Part shown: piece after piece, positions 1-12,640 of the stretch
Layout of the letters: the number at the start of each line of letters is the position of its first letter
Position numbering within the stretch: the first letter of the stretch is position 1
Origin: Octopus sinensis
Taxonomy: Eukaryota
Reading direction: 5' to 3'
Assembly: GCF_006345805.1 (NCBI RefSeq)
Contig: NC_043006.1
Coordinates: 59,830,001 to 59,894,000, forward strand
DNA length: 64,000 nt
The notes under the pieces: generated by a model
The model's database searches: none
What the model was told of the DNA's origin: nothing
The model's input: the letters and a program-made list of their open reading frames with translations, nothing else
Made by a program: the position numbers and the translations under genes

Positions 1-126
1 CATTTTGAACAATGAAAGAAATCCATAGAAGAGTATTTTGTGGTACTTAGTTCAATGCGCTTATATTCTGAGTTCAAATCTTACCAAAGTCGATTTTACT
101 ATTCACACCGGCAGCATTTATAAAAA

Positions 127-620
127 TCTATTATATAAAATCCGTTCTGTCTGTCTGTGTGTGTGTCTTCTAGGATCTTGGGTATCTTCCATCCGATTGC
201 GCTCAAATTTGACATGTAGATACCAACGGTATCAGGGCATGTATAAGTCTTGAAAAAATTACAAAAATCGATTCCAGGTGAGAATGCGATCGATAAAGCC
301 GTTTTTGTCCTGCTTTTCTTCCGTCAACCTGTACATAACTGCACTTTCCATTTTTTGTTGTTTTTGTACTGCTTAAGGGCACGTTTCTTTCTTGCCAAGT
401 TTTCTGTTTAAACCATGTTTGTGTTCTCCCAGTCAACAGCCTTATCATTACTGGTACTTTAAATTCTTCGGTTGCATATTTGTGTGAATAAAATCGTTTT
501 TCTTTGGAATAGAAAAAAAGCCTATGTTTATTTTTTTCTTTTGCTGGTGTCTCAAATTTAGGTTAAATCAGTGTTTCTCAAAGGGGAGGTCTATGGGACG
601 GTCGGACAAGTTGTTTTGAG
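127..620 (+). mobile_element. 5' portion of a non-autonomous Helitron-like element
   Basis: A|TC start, TATATAAAA, then (TCTG)n/(TG)n, like the complete copies at 36967 and 46256; no 3' hairpin-CTAG found. Confidence 0.4.
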
Positions 621-808
621 AAAATTTGGTTTAAATGTTTGACAACTCAGCACCATCCATTGGACGGGGGGGTGTGTTTTGCTTGTACATAGATAAAGCA
701 ATATCAGTCATATGCTGGGGTACTGATGGGTTTTATTCAGTTGATCTTACAGGCTTTCGTGAGAAAAATATGACCTTTTTTATTCCCCTCACCCCCTTAA
801 AAATGAGG

Positions 809-2125
809 GAATATGAATTCAGTGTACAGGTAGGAGTTCACCAACGATTAGTTCCCAGCCCCTCTTGTTTATCTTAGTCATGCAGGCCTTAACAGAGGAA
901 TTTAAAACTAGCTGTTCCTGGGAGCTTCTCTACACTGATGACCTTGTTCTTATAGCTGAATCACTATCTGACCTAGAGAAGTTTCAGATATGGAAGCAAG
1001 GTCTGGAATCTATGGGACTTAGAGTTAATTTAGCAAAAACTAAAGTCCATGTAGGAAAGCAGACAAATCACAAATCACTTTAGGGAGATGGCCCTGCTTG
1101 ATTTGTAAGAAGAGTGTTGGCAGAAACTCCATGTTGTACTCAGTGCAAACTTTGGACATATAAGAGATGCAGTGATATCACAGGAAGGTTAATGGAGAAA
1201 ATAGTCTTTGTGTGTGGCAAATATGAAAGCATAAGAAGCACTAAAAATGTACAGGTAACAGACTTCCTCAAATGCTTGGGGCGATTATTAGAAGATAGCT
1301 TCAGTTACCTAGGTGACCAAGTTAGCAGTGGAAGAAGTTCTGGAAGTTTTAGTTGCTAGAATAAGAACAGGCTGAGCAAAGTTCAGAGAGCTTCTACTTT
1401 TGTCAGTAACAAAGGGCCTCACCTTCAAAGTGAAAGGTAGATTGTATGATGCCTGTGCATATACAGCTATGCTACATGACAGTGAAAAATGAGCGTTGAC
1501 TATAGAGGACTTGTGAAGGCTTGGAAGAAATGAAGCCAGCATGCTCTGCTGGATGGGTAATGTCAGTGTGTACATATGACAGAGTGTAAGTAATTTAAGA
1601 AGAAAACTGGGTATTAGAGGATTGGGATGTTTTGTGCAAGGGAGAAGACTGTGCTGGTTTGGTCATGTGATGCATATGGATGAGGACAGCTGCATAAAGA
1701 AGTGCTGAGCTCTAATGGTGCAGGGAACCTGTGGAAGGGATAGACCCAGAAAGGTTTAGGATGAAGTGGTGGGAAAGGATCCTCTGACACTGGATTTCAC
1801 TGAGGAAATGTTAAGGGATCAGGAGTGGTGGCAATTTGCTGTACTTGGGAAGACACATCAAGCTAAGTAAAATCACTATCATCCATATATACAGGTGCTG
1901 ATGCCGCAAAAAATGCATTTGTACAGGTGCTGCATAAATACATTTGTGCCCATGACACATAAAAAGCAATGAGTATACTTTGTAAAGTGGTTGGCATTAG
2001 GAAGGGCACCAGCTGTAGAAACCACAGACAAGTGGAGTCTGGACCCACCCCACCAGCTGACCAGCTCCTCTCAAACCATCCAACTTATGCCAGCATGGAA
2101 AACGGACATTAAGACAATGAAGATA
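809..2125 (+). mobile_element. 5'-truncated, decayed RTE-clade LINE
   Basis: RT fragments (WELLYTDDLVLIAES, FSYLGDQVS) with stops and frameshifts, ending in the family 3' terminus (ccaacttatgccagcatggaaaacggac). Confidence 0.85.
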
Positions 2126-2200
2126 ATTAAATGTATAAAAAAATTATCCGAGGTGGGAAGGAAAGAGAAGGAGGAGGAGAAGAAAAAGACTACTAGTTAC

Positions 2201-2418
2201 CTGTATCTTATTACTGCCGACATAGAGACGTTGCAACTTGGTCAGTTGGCCCAATGCAGCCAAACTGATCAGGCGATTTTCTTCCAAGTGCAGCTCCAGA
2301 AGATTCAGTTGACCAGAGAAGGACTGTGGACTCAATGTCCGAATTTTGTTAGCATCCAGAATTAACTCAGAGAGGTTTGTTAACTGTTCAATGCCATCAA
2401 CTTTTGTAATCTCGTTAC
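2201..2418 (-). CDS. LRRC9: LRRC9-like exon 23 (218 nt, phase 1-0); gene continues past the window start
   Basis: acacag|GT...CAG|gtaact; NEITKVDGIEQL..LLELHLEENRL..LYVGSNKIQ resembles LRRC9 NEISQVEGL..LHLEENRL..GYNKIQ. Confidence 0.92.
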
Positions 2419-2887
2419 CTGTGTTTCGTGTTTGTGTAAGAATACCAAAAAAAAAGAAAAACAGGAATTTTCAAAATGGTTGTATATTACGGATTTAAGA
2501 GACTCAGTAATTAACAAATTATTTTTAGCAATAGCCAATTAGCTGCAAAGTAGAGGGGAGCTGTTTACTTAACCTTGACATTGTGTGTCATTCCACAATA
2601 GTCGATATTTATCCACAGGGCAATCAAAATACACACACATGCATGCACACAAACACACACACACACATACATACATTTTCTCTCTCTACCTCCCATGTTT
2701 ACACATACTCTCCCATACATTCATACATACACATACATGTAATCTCCCTCCCTCACTCTGTCCATCTCTCCCTCTCTCTCTCATACACACCACTCCCCAC
2801 CACACAAATGTACACATACATCTATACATTTTCATACATTTATGCATTTTCACTTGAAATGAGAAACCTGAAAAGTGTAAGACTGAC

Positions 2888-2961
2888 CTTGTAAGAAAAG
2901 TGCTCGGAGAGATGGTAGACGGAACAGCTGCAGCTGGGTTAAACTTTTTATCTCATTGTAC
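2888..2961 (-). CDS. LRRC9: LRRC9-like exon 22 (74 nt, phase 2-1)
   Basis: tcacag|G...G|gtcagt; YNEIKSLTQLQLFRLPSLRALFLQG resembles LRRC9 [25 protein letters not shown]. Confidence 0.92.
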
Positions 2962-3471
2962 CTGTGATGAAATAGTAAGTAAAATAATTGGTTTAGGTAA
3001 GCACTGCCACATTACTCAAGATTTATGTTTGAATGAATCATATTGTAATTGACTTCTATTGGTTTTCAAAGATATCATAATTTGCACTGGATAAATCTTA
3101 TCCATCATCTAAACCTTTCTAAGATGACCTACGCCCAAGTTTATTTGCCCTCCTCTGGTGCTCTTAACATGCTTACTGTTTCACAAAACCTTACACCACT
3201 AAAATTTTATCCTTTGCTTCCAAAGCTACTGCACACCAACACATATTACTGTCCATGTTTTATTCTGGGCAGCAACCTGCTGAAATGAAATTCAAGATGA
3301 ACATCAATTGTATTGATCTCAGCTATCTGGAATTGGCTTGAGAAAGCTAACGGCAATGGACACTGCTAAAATATGAAAACAACATATTTATTCAGTTAAC
3401 CAACAAGTCAGCTTGTTCAGTGCTTAGATGTAAAAGAGACAAAATCTGGTTGTGTAGATTCATAACATGGT

Positions 3472-3699
3472 TTAACCCTTTAGCATTCAGATTATTCTGT
3501 CAAATGTAAATCTTATGTATTCACACCATGTAAAATTAATCTTGCATCATTTCATGGCTTTGAGATTTCAATGATGTGATTGTTTATTTTTAAAATGACA
3601 CAATTAGGTAGCTATGAATGACCATATCTGACTGGTTTGAACATAAAATAGGTAGAATATTTTGGCCGGGTATGGCCGGCATAAACACTAAAGGGTTAA
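3472..3699 (+). mobile_element. piggyBac-type MITE (about 220 bp)
   Basis: TTAA|CCCTTTAG...CTAAAGGG|TTAA. Confidence 0.8.
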
Positions 3700-4589
3700 C
3701 ACGATTCTTGTCCTTGGGTTACAATTGTTATTTCCTATTTGCTTACCCCTAAAAAGTATGAGAAATGGCTAATATTTCCTTCAAACTTTGCTTTTGTTAC
3801 ATTTATTCAAACTCCAAAGAATCCCTCTCAACATATGGCTATGGTGCTCCCACACTACTCTTGCTCATGATCTGAGATGCACATATTGTCAGCCACTAAG
3901 GGACATGCTCAAGTGGTTAAAGTCAAGCAACTGACAAGCAAGTCTATGGTATTGAACAGAATATTTGTGATAATATTTCTACTTCAGCATCTCATCACTG
4001 ACTGTCTAAAATGTAATGGAAAATAGGTCAGTTTCAAAATATTGATGTTCAAGTTACAAAAGCAAAGTTTGAAGGGAATAGTAGTCGTTTCCTTTGATTT
4101 CTAGAGTTAAAAAACAAGTAGGAAATAACACTTACTGACCAAACAAAAATAAATTGTTACAGTGTAATTCATGGTTTTAATTCAAATAAGCAACAACCAT
4201 GTCCCAGAACCAATCAGAAGATCGATTCCCAGCAATTAGATTACATTAAATTATCACTGGTTGTACAGACTCATAGCACATAAATAACCATGAAAAATCT
4301 GTGATATACATTTAGCAAAGCAGAATTGATTACAATAACTAGTGGCTAATATGCTTGTTATAAATGCTCTTGTTGTCCAACATGTAAATATAAAGTGTAA
4401 AAAAAAAAAAAAAACGTAAGAAATTAATTCTTCAGTCACAATCATTTTTTGCATAGTTTTATTTTCCCTTATGATCCTTAATTTATTAAAACTCATTTTT
4501 GGCTTTTGTTTAGCCACAATCTATTGGTAAAGCAGAGCCATTCCATTTTATAAAAAAAGTAACTTTCAAGGCAAATATCATGTGGTGAT

Positions 4590-4800
4590 TGTTAATAAGT
4601 ATCACCATCATACTTTTGCTATTGTTCCTTTCCAATCTTCCTTGAAAATCATGTCTGGCCGAGAGGAAATATCACCTTGCTTGAAAACAGGTGAAGGTTG
4701 GCAACAGGATGGGTATCCAGCTGTAGGAAATCAACCTCAAGAAATTCTGCCCAACACATGTAAGCATGGAAAAGCGAATGTTAAAATGATGTTCATGATG
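4590..4800 (+). mobile_element. short repeat sharing an RTE-like 3' end
   Basis: ..gttggcaacaggatgggtatccagctgtag..gcatggaaaag..atgatg; related inverted copies near 35985-36190 and 45700-45900. Confidence 0.5.
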
Positions 4801-4848
4801 ATATATGTGTGCATGAGAAAGAGTGATAAATTATCAAAGAAGGCTCAC

Positions 4849-5021
4849 CCAAGATGTAAAATTTCTAATTTCTTCAGAAACGTACATTCTTCTTCAGAAC
4901 TACATGAGAGGTTTCCATATGTATCTTCAGTATAGTCAGTCTTTTGTTTATTTTTATTTGGATTGAATTTGGGTGAAGGAGATAGAATACACTCCACCCT
5001 GTTGTTGTTCAAACACAATAC
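4849..5021 (-). CDS. LRRC9: LRRC9-like exon 21 (173 nt, phase 0-2)
   Basis: ccacag|GTA...GG|gtgagc; VLCLNNNRVECIL..FLKKLEILHLG resembles LRRC9 VLCLNYNHIESI..LEVLHLG. Confidence 0.92.
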
Positions 5022-5120
5022 CTGTGGGTTGATTAAATAGAATGTAACACAGAACATAACAAGTGATAGGTAAACTGAGCCAAAGATGGGGCAAACTCTA
5101 TACCAGTAATTACTATTCTT

Positions 5121-5520
5121 TCATTCCTTGACTTGTTTCAGTCATTTGACTGTGGTCATATTGGAGCACCGCCTTTAGTCAAACAAATCGACTCCAGGAC
5201 TTATTCTTTGTAAGCCTACTAGTACTTATTCTATCGGTCTCTTTTGCTGAACTGCTAAGTCACAGGGATGTAAACACACCAACACTGGTTGTCAAGCAAT
5301 GGTGGGAGAACAAACACAGAAACACAAATACATACATACATACACACATACATATATATATATATGATGGGCTTCTTTCATTTTCCATCTACCAAATCCA
5401 CTCACAAGCTTCGGTTGGCCTGAGGCTATGGTAGAAGACACTTGCCCAAGGTATGATGCAGTGGGACTGAATCCAGAACTATGTGGTTGGGAAGGAAGCT
5501 TCTTACCACTCCTGTGCCCT
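5121..5520 (-). mobile_element. composite tRNA-derived SINE (CORE-like block, internal (TA)n, 3' module)
   Basis: reverse complement of the family seen at 28541, 35021, 44946 and 58520 (ccttgggcaagtgtcttc; gaataagtcctggggtcgattt). Confidence 0.8.
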
Positions 5521-6440
5521 AAAGAACTTTTTAAAAAATCATGGCATACTTTAACCCTTTAACTGTGAAATTAACTTTCATGGTTATTCTTTTAATGATG
5601 TTAAATATCTATCAAAAATATAGAACCGATATTTTCTGCATTTGCTTCAATAAACTTGACACTAAATGACAATAAGAAAAAAAAAAACAATAAAATGTGT
5701 ACAACAATAATCAAAAAGACAACAAAGCTAAACAGTTCCACAATTATAAGGAAAAAAAAATTAAACTATAAGAAACGATATTCTTTAGCCCCAGGTTAAT
5801 CCTACCTGGGCAGACTTTTGGTCAAAGGCATTTCATCATAATTCCTTTAGTTTTGTTCATTGAAGATTTGTTTGCAGACACAGTATATCTAGGATGAGAT
5901 AGTCAGTGTGCTCTCATCTGTTTAATCACCAGCTGACCTTTTTGTACCTGGGTATGGATTATTTTGGCTCAACTGTTTTGGCCCTGTCTATTTGGTATCA
6001 CTATTTCAATTCTGTGCCTTCCAGAACCTTGGTACTGTGAAAATTTTGTTTTCATTCTAGTTGACTTCTAACTTGTTACCACAACTACTAAACTACTTGA
6101 CTACTAAAATTCACTTTATGTATATGATAGCTGCTGAGATATTGATGAAATAGGGACAAGAAAAATTTTCTCTCAATATCTTTGACAAAGCAGTCCAGAT
6201 TGTGAATTTAAATTTTAGTGTTGTGAACTGAAAAACCTGAGATAGAGAGCAAGAAAGAGGGAGGAAGGGAGAGAAAAGAGAGAGAAAGAGGAGGAAAGGA
6301 TAGAGAGGGGGAGAAAAACAGTAAAATATATTACATGACCCCAACTGCAACAAATGCATCTCTCTTGGTTTATGTGTTGTGTTTTCTTTATGTGTATAAG
6401 GAGAGGAAACATGTATGTAGCAATCTCACTATTTCTCTTT

Positions 6441-6886
6441 CAACTTTTGGATCTTTTCGGTTTGAACGACAGTTTTTTCTAGTGGTGTCATATGAAATTG
6501 TCACCCATAATTATGACCCTAGAATCGATCTATTGCATTTCAATCTCTTTTAGGGTTAGGGTTAGTTAGGGTTGGTTAGGGGTGGGTGGAAGGGTATCTT
6601 TTTTTTCTTCACAAATGTAAATAAACCCAATCTGTTTCTTAAACGAGGGACATATTCATACGACACAGAATGCTTTTTAACTCAATAGATGTCACTGATT
6701 GGTTGAAATTGCAGAAATTGAAGAAAAAAAACAACAAATATCTTACAAACTATAGAATTTTCTCAATAAAGCCAAGAGAAAAAGATGTTTTATAAATACA
6801 TTCTACCAGTATACAAAGTTTAAAAGTGTTTAGTTACGTGGAAATTGTTAAAAACTGCCGTTCAAACTGAAAAGATCCCAACTTTT
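6441..6886. mobile_element. Merlin-like MITE, 430 bp (6449-6878)
   Basis: TIR GGATCTTTTCGGTTTGAACGACAGTTTTT / AAAAACTGCCGTTCAAACTGAAAAGATCC; exact 8-bp TSD CAACTTTT on both sides; GG termini. Confidence 0.75.
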
Positions 6887-7431
6887 CTGAGTAGGCATAT
6901 GTTTTTTTCTGAGTATGAGGAGAGAAGGAGTGTTTATGTCAGTCAAGTACAATTAATACACTGGAGTATCTGTTTGTTTGTCTGCGCATATTTTTATGTT
7001 GTGTGTGTTTGTCTCCAGTGTCAAAGAGTATTGTCACCAAAAAACCCATTCCCAAACAGATTCAATGTCCAGTGAGCCATTCCAAATCACCACCACCCAA
7101 ACAGCTGTACACAATCATCCAATTTCGAGGGTATCTTTAGTAAAGTCCACTCTGCTATAAGTAAAGAGCCTCTGCATTGGTACCAGCTTCCGTCTTTCAT
7201 TCCATCAAACTCAGAGGCCTTGAGCAAGGTCATATAGGCTACTTTTCCTCATGTAAAACAAGAAGGGAAATAAATGGGTGAGATTTGTGGGAGACTTGAC
7301 TGCTGTTACTAACAGATCAAGTAACTATGTATTGAATATGTTATTGCTGTTGTTATAATAACCACAGGATAACCTTGATAACATTCAATCTGTGATTGTC
7401 CTGTCCTATATTTATTTGGTGGAATTCTGGT

Positions 7432-7943
7432 TTAAGCACTCCCTTATAACATTTTTTTTTATTTTTGGGAATTTTCAGAAAGCTTTTGTGAATTTATCTT
7501 CTACACATGGGAATTCTTACAATTATGAAACAAAAAATAAAAGTATTTTTTGTCTGTGATTTAAGGGCGATCTAGTTGTTGTTTTTAGCACATCTCACCA
7601 CCACCTGATATCTTCTTCCATTTTTTTGTCAATCTGACATGTATTGGTGGGTTTTTTAATATCTTTTTGCCCCATAAACACATTTAATGGAATGATGATG
7701 TACCACCCAAGGGGGATCCATTGCTGGGATTTCAGCAAAAAAATTGGACTATTTATGTGTTACACTCTGATTTAAAACAAAATTTGAAAAAAAGTGGAAA
7801 TTTTAGGATTTAAGGTCGGGGTGGGGATTAAAAAATTCCAAAAAACATTTTTTTTTCATAATTGTATGAACACAAATTCGCAAAAAAAATTCTGAAAATT
7901 CCAAAAAATAGAAAAGTTATGAGGGATTATATAGTATGCTTAG
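7432..7943. mobile_element. degenerate foldback/MITE with arms of about 110 bp
   Basis: 7432-7550 matches the reverse complement of about 7830-7943 (taagca..ataac..ggaattttcagaa..gaattt..acaattatgaaa). Confidence 0.5.
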
Positions 7944-8392
7944 ACAAGAATTCTGCTTTTTTGTTTTTTGCAAGCAATGTGCATTAAGGACTGCATTATC
8001 CAATGTAAATTTCTCCTTCTTGTAGGGTTTGACTTTGGCAGCCATTTCTTGAGAGTTTTGGCTGCTATTTCTTGAAGATTGATAGAGACTCTCTTTATGG
8101 CTCAAATTTGTGCATGTTCCCAGGTCATGTCTACTTGAAGAGATATATAATTGAAGACATTCCAACCGTGCCCTTTCTGGTTTAGTTTTATTAGAGTGTA
8201 TCTAGGACCGTATTATTTAATGCATCCTTTGTTATTAAAATGGTAAGGAGTGACTGGTGATAGATTTGGCTGCTATTTCTAGACGCTTGTGGGACTGCAT
8301 AGAGGTTCCAGGCTCCCTTGTTGACTTTTGGGGCCAGCACAAACAAGAAATGTAGTTACTGTTTCTAATAAACAAATTTACTGTTGTCTTAC

Positions 8393-8456
8393 CTTCAGGT
8401 TATCTAAATATATTAGACCGCAGAAAGAAGTCAAGCAGTTGTTTTCAAGGTTGATA
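8393..8456 (-). CDS. LRRC9: LRRC9-like exon 20 (64 nt, phase 2-0)
   Basis: caacag|T...AAG|gtaaga; INLENNCLTSFCGLIYLDNLK resembles LRRC9 [21 protein letters not shown]. Confidence 0.92.
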
Positions 8457-8577
8457 CTGTTGAAGAAAGAAAAAATGATATATATAACTATGTTTATATA
8501 TATATATATGTGTGTGTGTGCGTGCATGTATGTGTATGTTTGTAGACACAGACACACATGTATATACATATGTATAA

Positions 8578-8745
8578 ATGCAGGCATGGTTGTGAGGTTA
8601 AGAAGTTTACTTTCCAGCCACATGATTTCAGGTTCAGTCCCAGGGTGTGACATCTTGGACAAGAATCTTCTGTCATAGGCCTGAGCCAACCAAAGCTTTG
8701 TGAGTGGATTTGGTAGACAGAAACTGAAAGAAGCCCATCATATAT
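8578..8745 (+). mobile_element. 5' half of the composite SINE
   Basis: tRNA-like head (tggttgtgaggttaag..ggttcagtcc), cttggacaag block, gaaactgaaagaagccc, then (TA)n. Confidence 0.7.
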
Positions 8746-8763
8746 ATATATATAATAAGGTGT

Positions 8764-8835
8764 ACCTGCTGAAGAAGACTTCACCTAGCAAATTATTTTA
8801 TTTGCTAAAAAAAAGTCTGGAACCATTGGTCCAGG
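8764..8835 (+). ncRNA. type I hammerhead ribozyme fold with a GAAA>GGAA core substitution
   Basis: stem I CCUG/CAGG, CUGAAGA 8769-8775, stem II AGACUU/AAGUCU with inner UAGCAAAU/AUUUGCUA, stem III ACCA-U-UGGU, GUC site at 8829-8831. Confidence 0.65.
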
Positions 8836-9188
8836 AGTTAGATGGTAGATGTTTTTTTTTTCATTCCCTTTGATATTTTATCCCTAATAGTGGTTTGTAA
8901 TTTAACTGTCCTCTCTAGCATGCAGGTAGTCCTATGATGGCTACCTCTTATGTTTTTAAATGTACACTGTATTTATATATATATATATATGTATGTTTAC
9001 ATCTCTGTAACTTAGTGGTTTGGCAAAAGAGACCGATAGAATAAATACTAGGCTTACAAAAAGTAAGTCCTGGGGTTGATTTGTTCAACTAAAGGCAGTG
9101 CTCCAGCATGGCTGCAGTCAAATGACTGAAATAAGTAAAAGAATATATATATATATCCAAATTGAGGGAGTGGAGCAGCTAAAATTCA

Positions 9189-9271
9189 GGCTACATATGC
9201 TTCCTAGCAAGCAGATCCCCTGATGGAATAATTCCTCAATGAGGGGTACTGAGCTACCTCCTCATCAGGCC
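9189..9271 (-). ncRNA. degenerate type I hammerhead relic
   Basis: GGC-CUGAUGA...GAAG-CAUAUG-UA-GCC; A15.1>G and imperfect stem II base. Confidence 0.4.
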
Positions 9272-9505
9272 AAAGGTACCTTCAATTTGGATTTTTATTT
9301 GCATTCATAGCAACTCAAGTTGCTAACCATAAGCTATAAAAAATTTTTTTCAGCTTATCAAACTTCAATATGGGAAAAGCTTAAAAATAAATTACTATTG
9401 TTCCCGAGCATTGTTTTTCATACCTACCACAGACTGCTCGAAGCTTACAAATTTCCTAGACTTAGATTAATGGTTCTTTTATATATATATATGTGTGTGT
9501 GTGTG

Positions 9506-9810
9506 GAGGCACAATGGCCTAGTGGTTAGGGCAGTGGGCTTGCGGTCGTAGGATCATGGTTTCGATTCCCAGACCAGACGTTGTGAGTGTTTATTGAGCG
9601 AAAACACCTAAAAGCTCCACAAGGCTCTGGCAGTGGGGTGCTGGTGATCTCTGCTGTACTCTTTCGCCACAACTTTCTCTCACTCTTTCTTCTGTTGGCC
9701 TGCTCGCTTAGCCAGTCGGGTGGCATCATTTGAAGGTTAAAACAATGCGAAGTGCATTGTGACCAGCGATGTGTAACAACATCTGATAGTCTGGTCGGTC
9801 ACGGTGATCA
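9506..9810 (+). mobile_element. second tRNA-derived SINE family
   Basis: A box tggcctagtggttag, B box ggtttcgattccc, body ctttcgccacaactttctctcactc shared with 59250-59520. Confidence 0.75.
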
Positions 9811-9825
9811 TGGTAATATATATAT

Positions 9826-9970
9826 ATGTATGGCTGTGTGGTATGAAGCTTGCTTCCCAACCATAGTGTTCCAGGTTCAGTTACACTGCATGACACCTTG
9901 GCCAAGTGTCTTCTATTATAGCATTGGGTTGAGTGGATTTTGTAGACGGAAACTGAAAGAAGCCTATCGC

Positions 9971-10006
<36 letters not shown>

Positions 10007-10180
10007 GTATTTGTCCCCCTCCACTGCTTGACAACAGGTGTTGGTGTGCTTACATCCCTGCAACTTAGCAGTTCAGCAAAAGAGGATGATAGAATAAGTA
10101 CTAGGCTTAAAACAGTCCCCGGGTCAATTTGTTTGACTAAACTCCTTCAAGGCAGTCAAATTATGGAAAGAAGTAAAAGA
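9826..10180 (+). mobile_element. composite SINE
   Basis: head, ccttggccaagtgtcttc, (TA)n and 3' module ending gtaaaagataaaagat. Confidence 0.8.
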
Positions 10181-10419
10181 TAAAAGATAAAGTTATATTA
10201 TATATCATCATGGGCTCTCCTGTCATAGGACAACAATTGAGGGTTCTGAAATTTCTTGCTGAACAACCTCACAGATGATTTGTCTTATGACGATCAAATG
10301 TTTGGGTTCACACAAGCTCACTCCCTTCATGAAATTGACATTATGGGTACAGGTGCACGACCTGCCACAGGTCAGATGATGAAATGATTGCAGAGCAATG
10401 TGAAATGAAGTGCTTTGTT

Positions 10420-11160
10420 GAAGAATACAATTCAACATCCAGTTTGGGAATATGCTGCTATGCCAGTTGTTGGGTATAACAACTTCTTGTACAATCTGAT
10501 CAACACTATGATTAAACTTTATCCTACTCTGCCAGATATTTTAACCATTCCAACAGTAATTCCTGATGGAATTAGGGGCTTTCTCTGCCTTTATATCCTT
10601 AATTGCTTTATCTAAAATACTACTGTCTACTACAATGGCCGGTTCCTCTGTTGGGTTCACATTGGGAAAACTGTTTTGCACCCATACATTCTCTGTGTTT
10701 AATAACCTTTCATAGTACCACTTCAATGCCTCTTTCTTTTACAGAATCACTAAGTGCAAGCCTACCTTTATTCATTTGTTCATACGTCTCTCCCACAACA
10801 TCTTGGTTCTCTGATTCTCTGTCCTGTCATGCAATCCTGAACATGTCATGTCTCCGATCCTCATGCTGTACAGTTACAAACCTCTTCCTTTCTGCTTTTC
10901 CCTTTGGTCACCTATCTTCTCTTCTAGCAGCCCGATAGAATTCTCTGCTGCCCCATTCTTTCAGTATTTCCAAACTTATCTCTTTGTTTTTATGGCTCTG
11001 TCTACTTCACTGTTCCATCACCAAGTCACATTTATTCTGGCTGGAACTGCACCAGCCACAAATTTGATCTGTAGCCCTCAGTAGGTTGTCCCACAGGAAC
11101 TTCAAGCTGTTCACTATGTTATACATCTGTTTCTCCACATTAACCACTGTGTAGCAGAGA
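10420..11160 (-). mobile_element. decayed RTE LINE fragment upstream of the RT core
   Basis: minus-strand YYERLLNTENVW..NPTEEPAI..KAIKDIKAEKAP and LRATDQICGW match the 23019-24275 protein. Confidence 0.75.
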
Positions 11161-11751
11161 CATGATTATCATTCAACTGATTAGGCTTAAATACCCTCAT
11201 TTTGGCTCATTACACTGGTTTTTTACAAGTGGTCACACGACCTGGTCATGTGATGTGTTATACATCGATTCAGTTCTTCAGGCTTTATGTGGGCTCTCAT
11301 CCCATCACATGACAGACCAGCTGAGCACAGGCAAATCTATGTTAGTACACTGAAGCCTACCATCAGCTTTATAAGGAGGAACCTTTCCTGCTATTCTTCA
11401 GTGAGGTGGGATGGGTGGTTGAGTTCAGATCTCAGCAGAGAGGAAGTTTATTTTGCAGGTAGCCTCAGGTAACCTTGACATGTTAAATCTGTTCCTGTCT
11501 TCTAGCAGAAGCCATGTTACATATTTGTTTTCTTGTTCTATCCAAGTACCAACTGCATGAGAAACTAATATGTATATTTTCTGACAATATCAGTCCAAAT
11601 GTATTTCAACAATTCTGTCGTGTTAATGCTCTTTAACAGGTCGAATAAATTGTTGCATTTAATCCTACCTGGTTTTCTCATTCTTCCTTTATCTACATAC
11701 ATACAGTATATTGGAACACAAACCAGCTTAATTCTTCACCCAACCACCCTG

Positions 11752-11980
11752 TTAACCCTTTAGTGTTCGCATCATTCTGCCAAAATTAATGCTTTTTCAT
11801 CCACATTGTTTTGAACTAATCACGCATTATCTTGTAGCTTTGAGATTTTGATCAGGTAGCTGTTAATTTTTAAAACGATATTGTAGGGTTGGTGTGAGAG
11901 ACCAGATATGGCCAGTTTGAACATAAAACAGGCAGAATACTTTTGGCAGGATATGGCCGGTTTAAATGATAAAGGGTCAA
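11752..11980 (+). mobile_element. piggyBac-type MITE
   Basis: TTAA|CCCTTTAG...TAAAGGG|TCAA; same internal sequence as the 3472 copy. Confidence 0.75.
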
Positions 11981-12640
11981 AGATGTTTCAACAAGTATTT
12001 GTCTAAATTTCTCACTATTCACTGGATCTTTAAGCTCCCATAACTTCCTTTGTTTAGACTGGTTTTTGTTTTGTGTCTCTGAGTCCTCTTAGTTCTAAGT
12101 CTGAAGTTACTAACCACTAACCTATTTTGGGGGTGTAAATTCTTCAAGAGGGAAGGACTTTACATTTACAATTATCTGTCAATCCTGTTTACTAATGAGA
12201 ATATTATCAAGCTTGTGTGGCCACCAGATTGATAGGTGATCAGGTGATTTGATGGTTTCTTGAAATCAAAGTATTAATCATCAAATCATTTGCATTGCAG
12301 AACTCCCAAGCCTTGTTCTCTCATACTTCTAGGACTAAAACCAAGCCTTAGTTTCCATATATGCTATGGAATCCATCAAATGGAACAAAACCACAACCTC
12401 GTGTGTGTGTGTATGTGTGTGTGTGTGTGAGTGTGTGTGGTGGTAGTATTGAAAGTGATGCTGTTTGTGATAAGGTGATGATGATTGTGATGATAATGAT
12501 GATAAATGTGAAGGAGATGATGGCAATTATGATGATGTTGATAATGATAAACAGAATAGAATATGGTAAAAGAATTTTAACATCAAGTGAAGAATTTCGT
12601 GTGTGTGTGTGTGTGCATGTGTGTATGGTGAAGAGGTCAC

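Noticed and set aside
6551-6587. Telomere or fusion scar
   Set aside because: A short degenerate tract inside a TIR- and TSD-bounded MITE.
9506-9580. tRNA genes (also 28541, 59250, 60868)
   Set aside because: A/B boxes without a complete cloverleaf, continuing into repeated SINE bodies.
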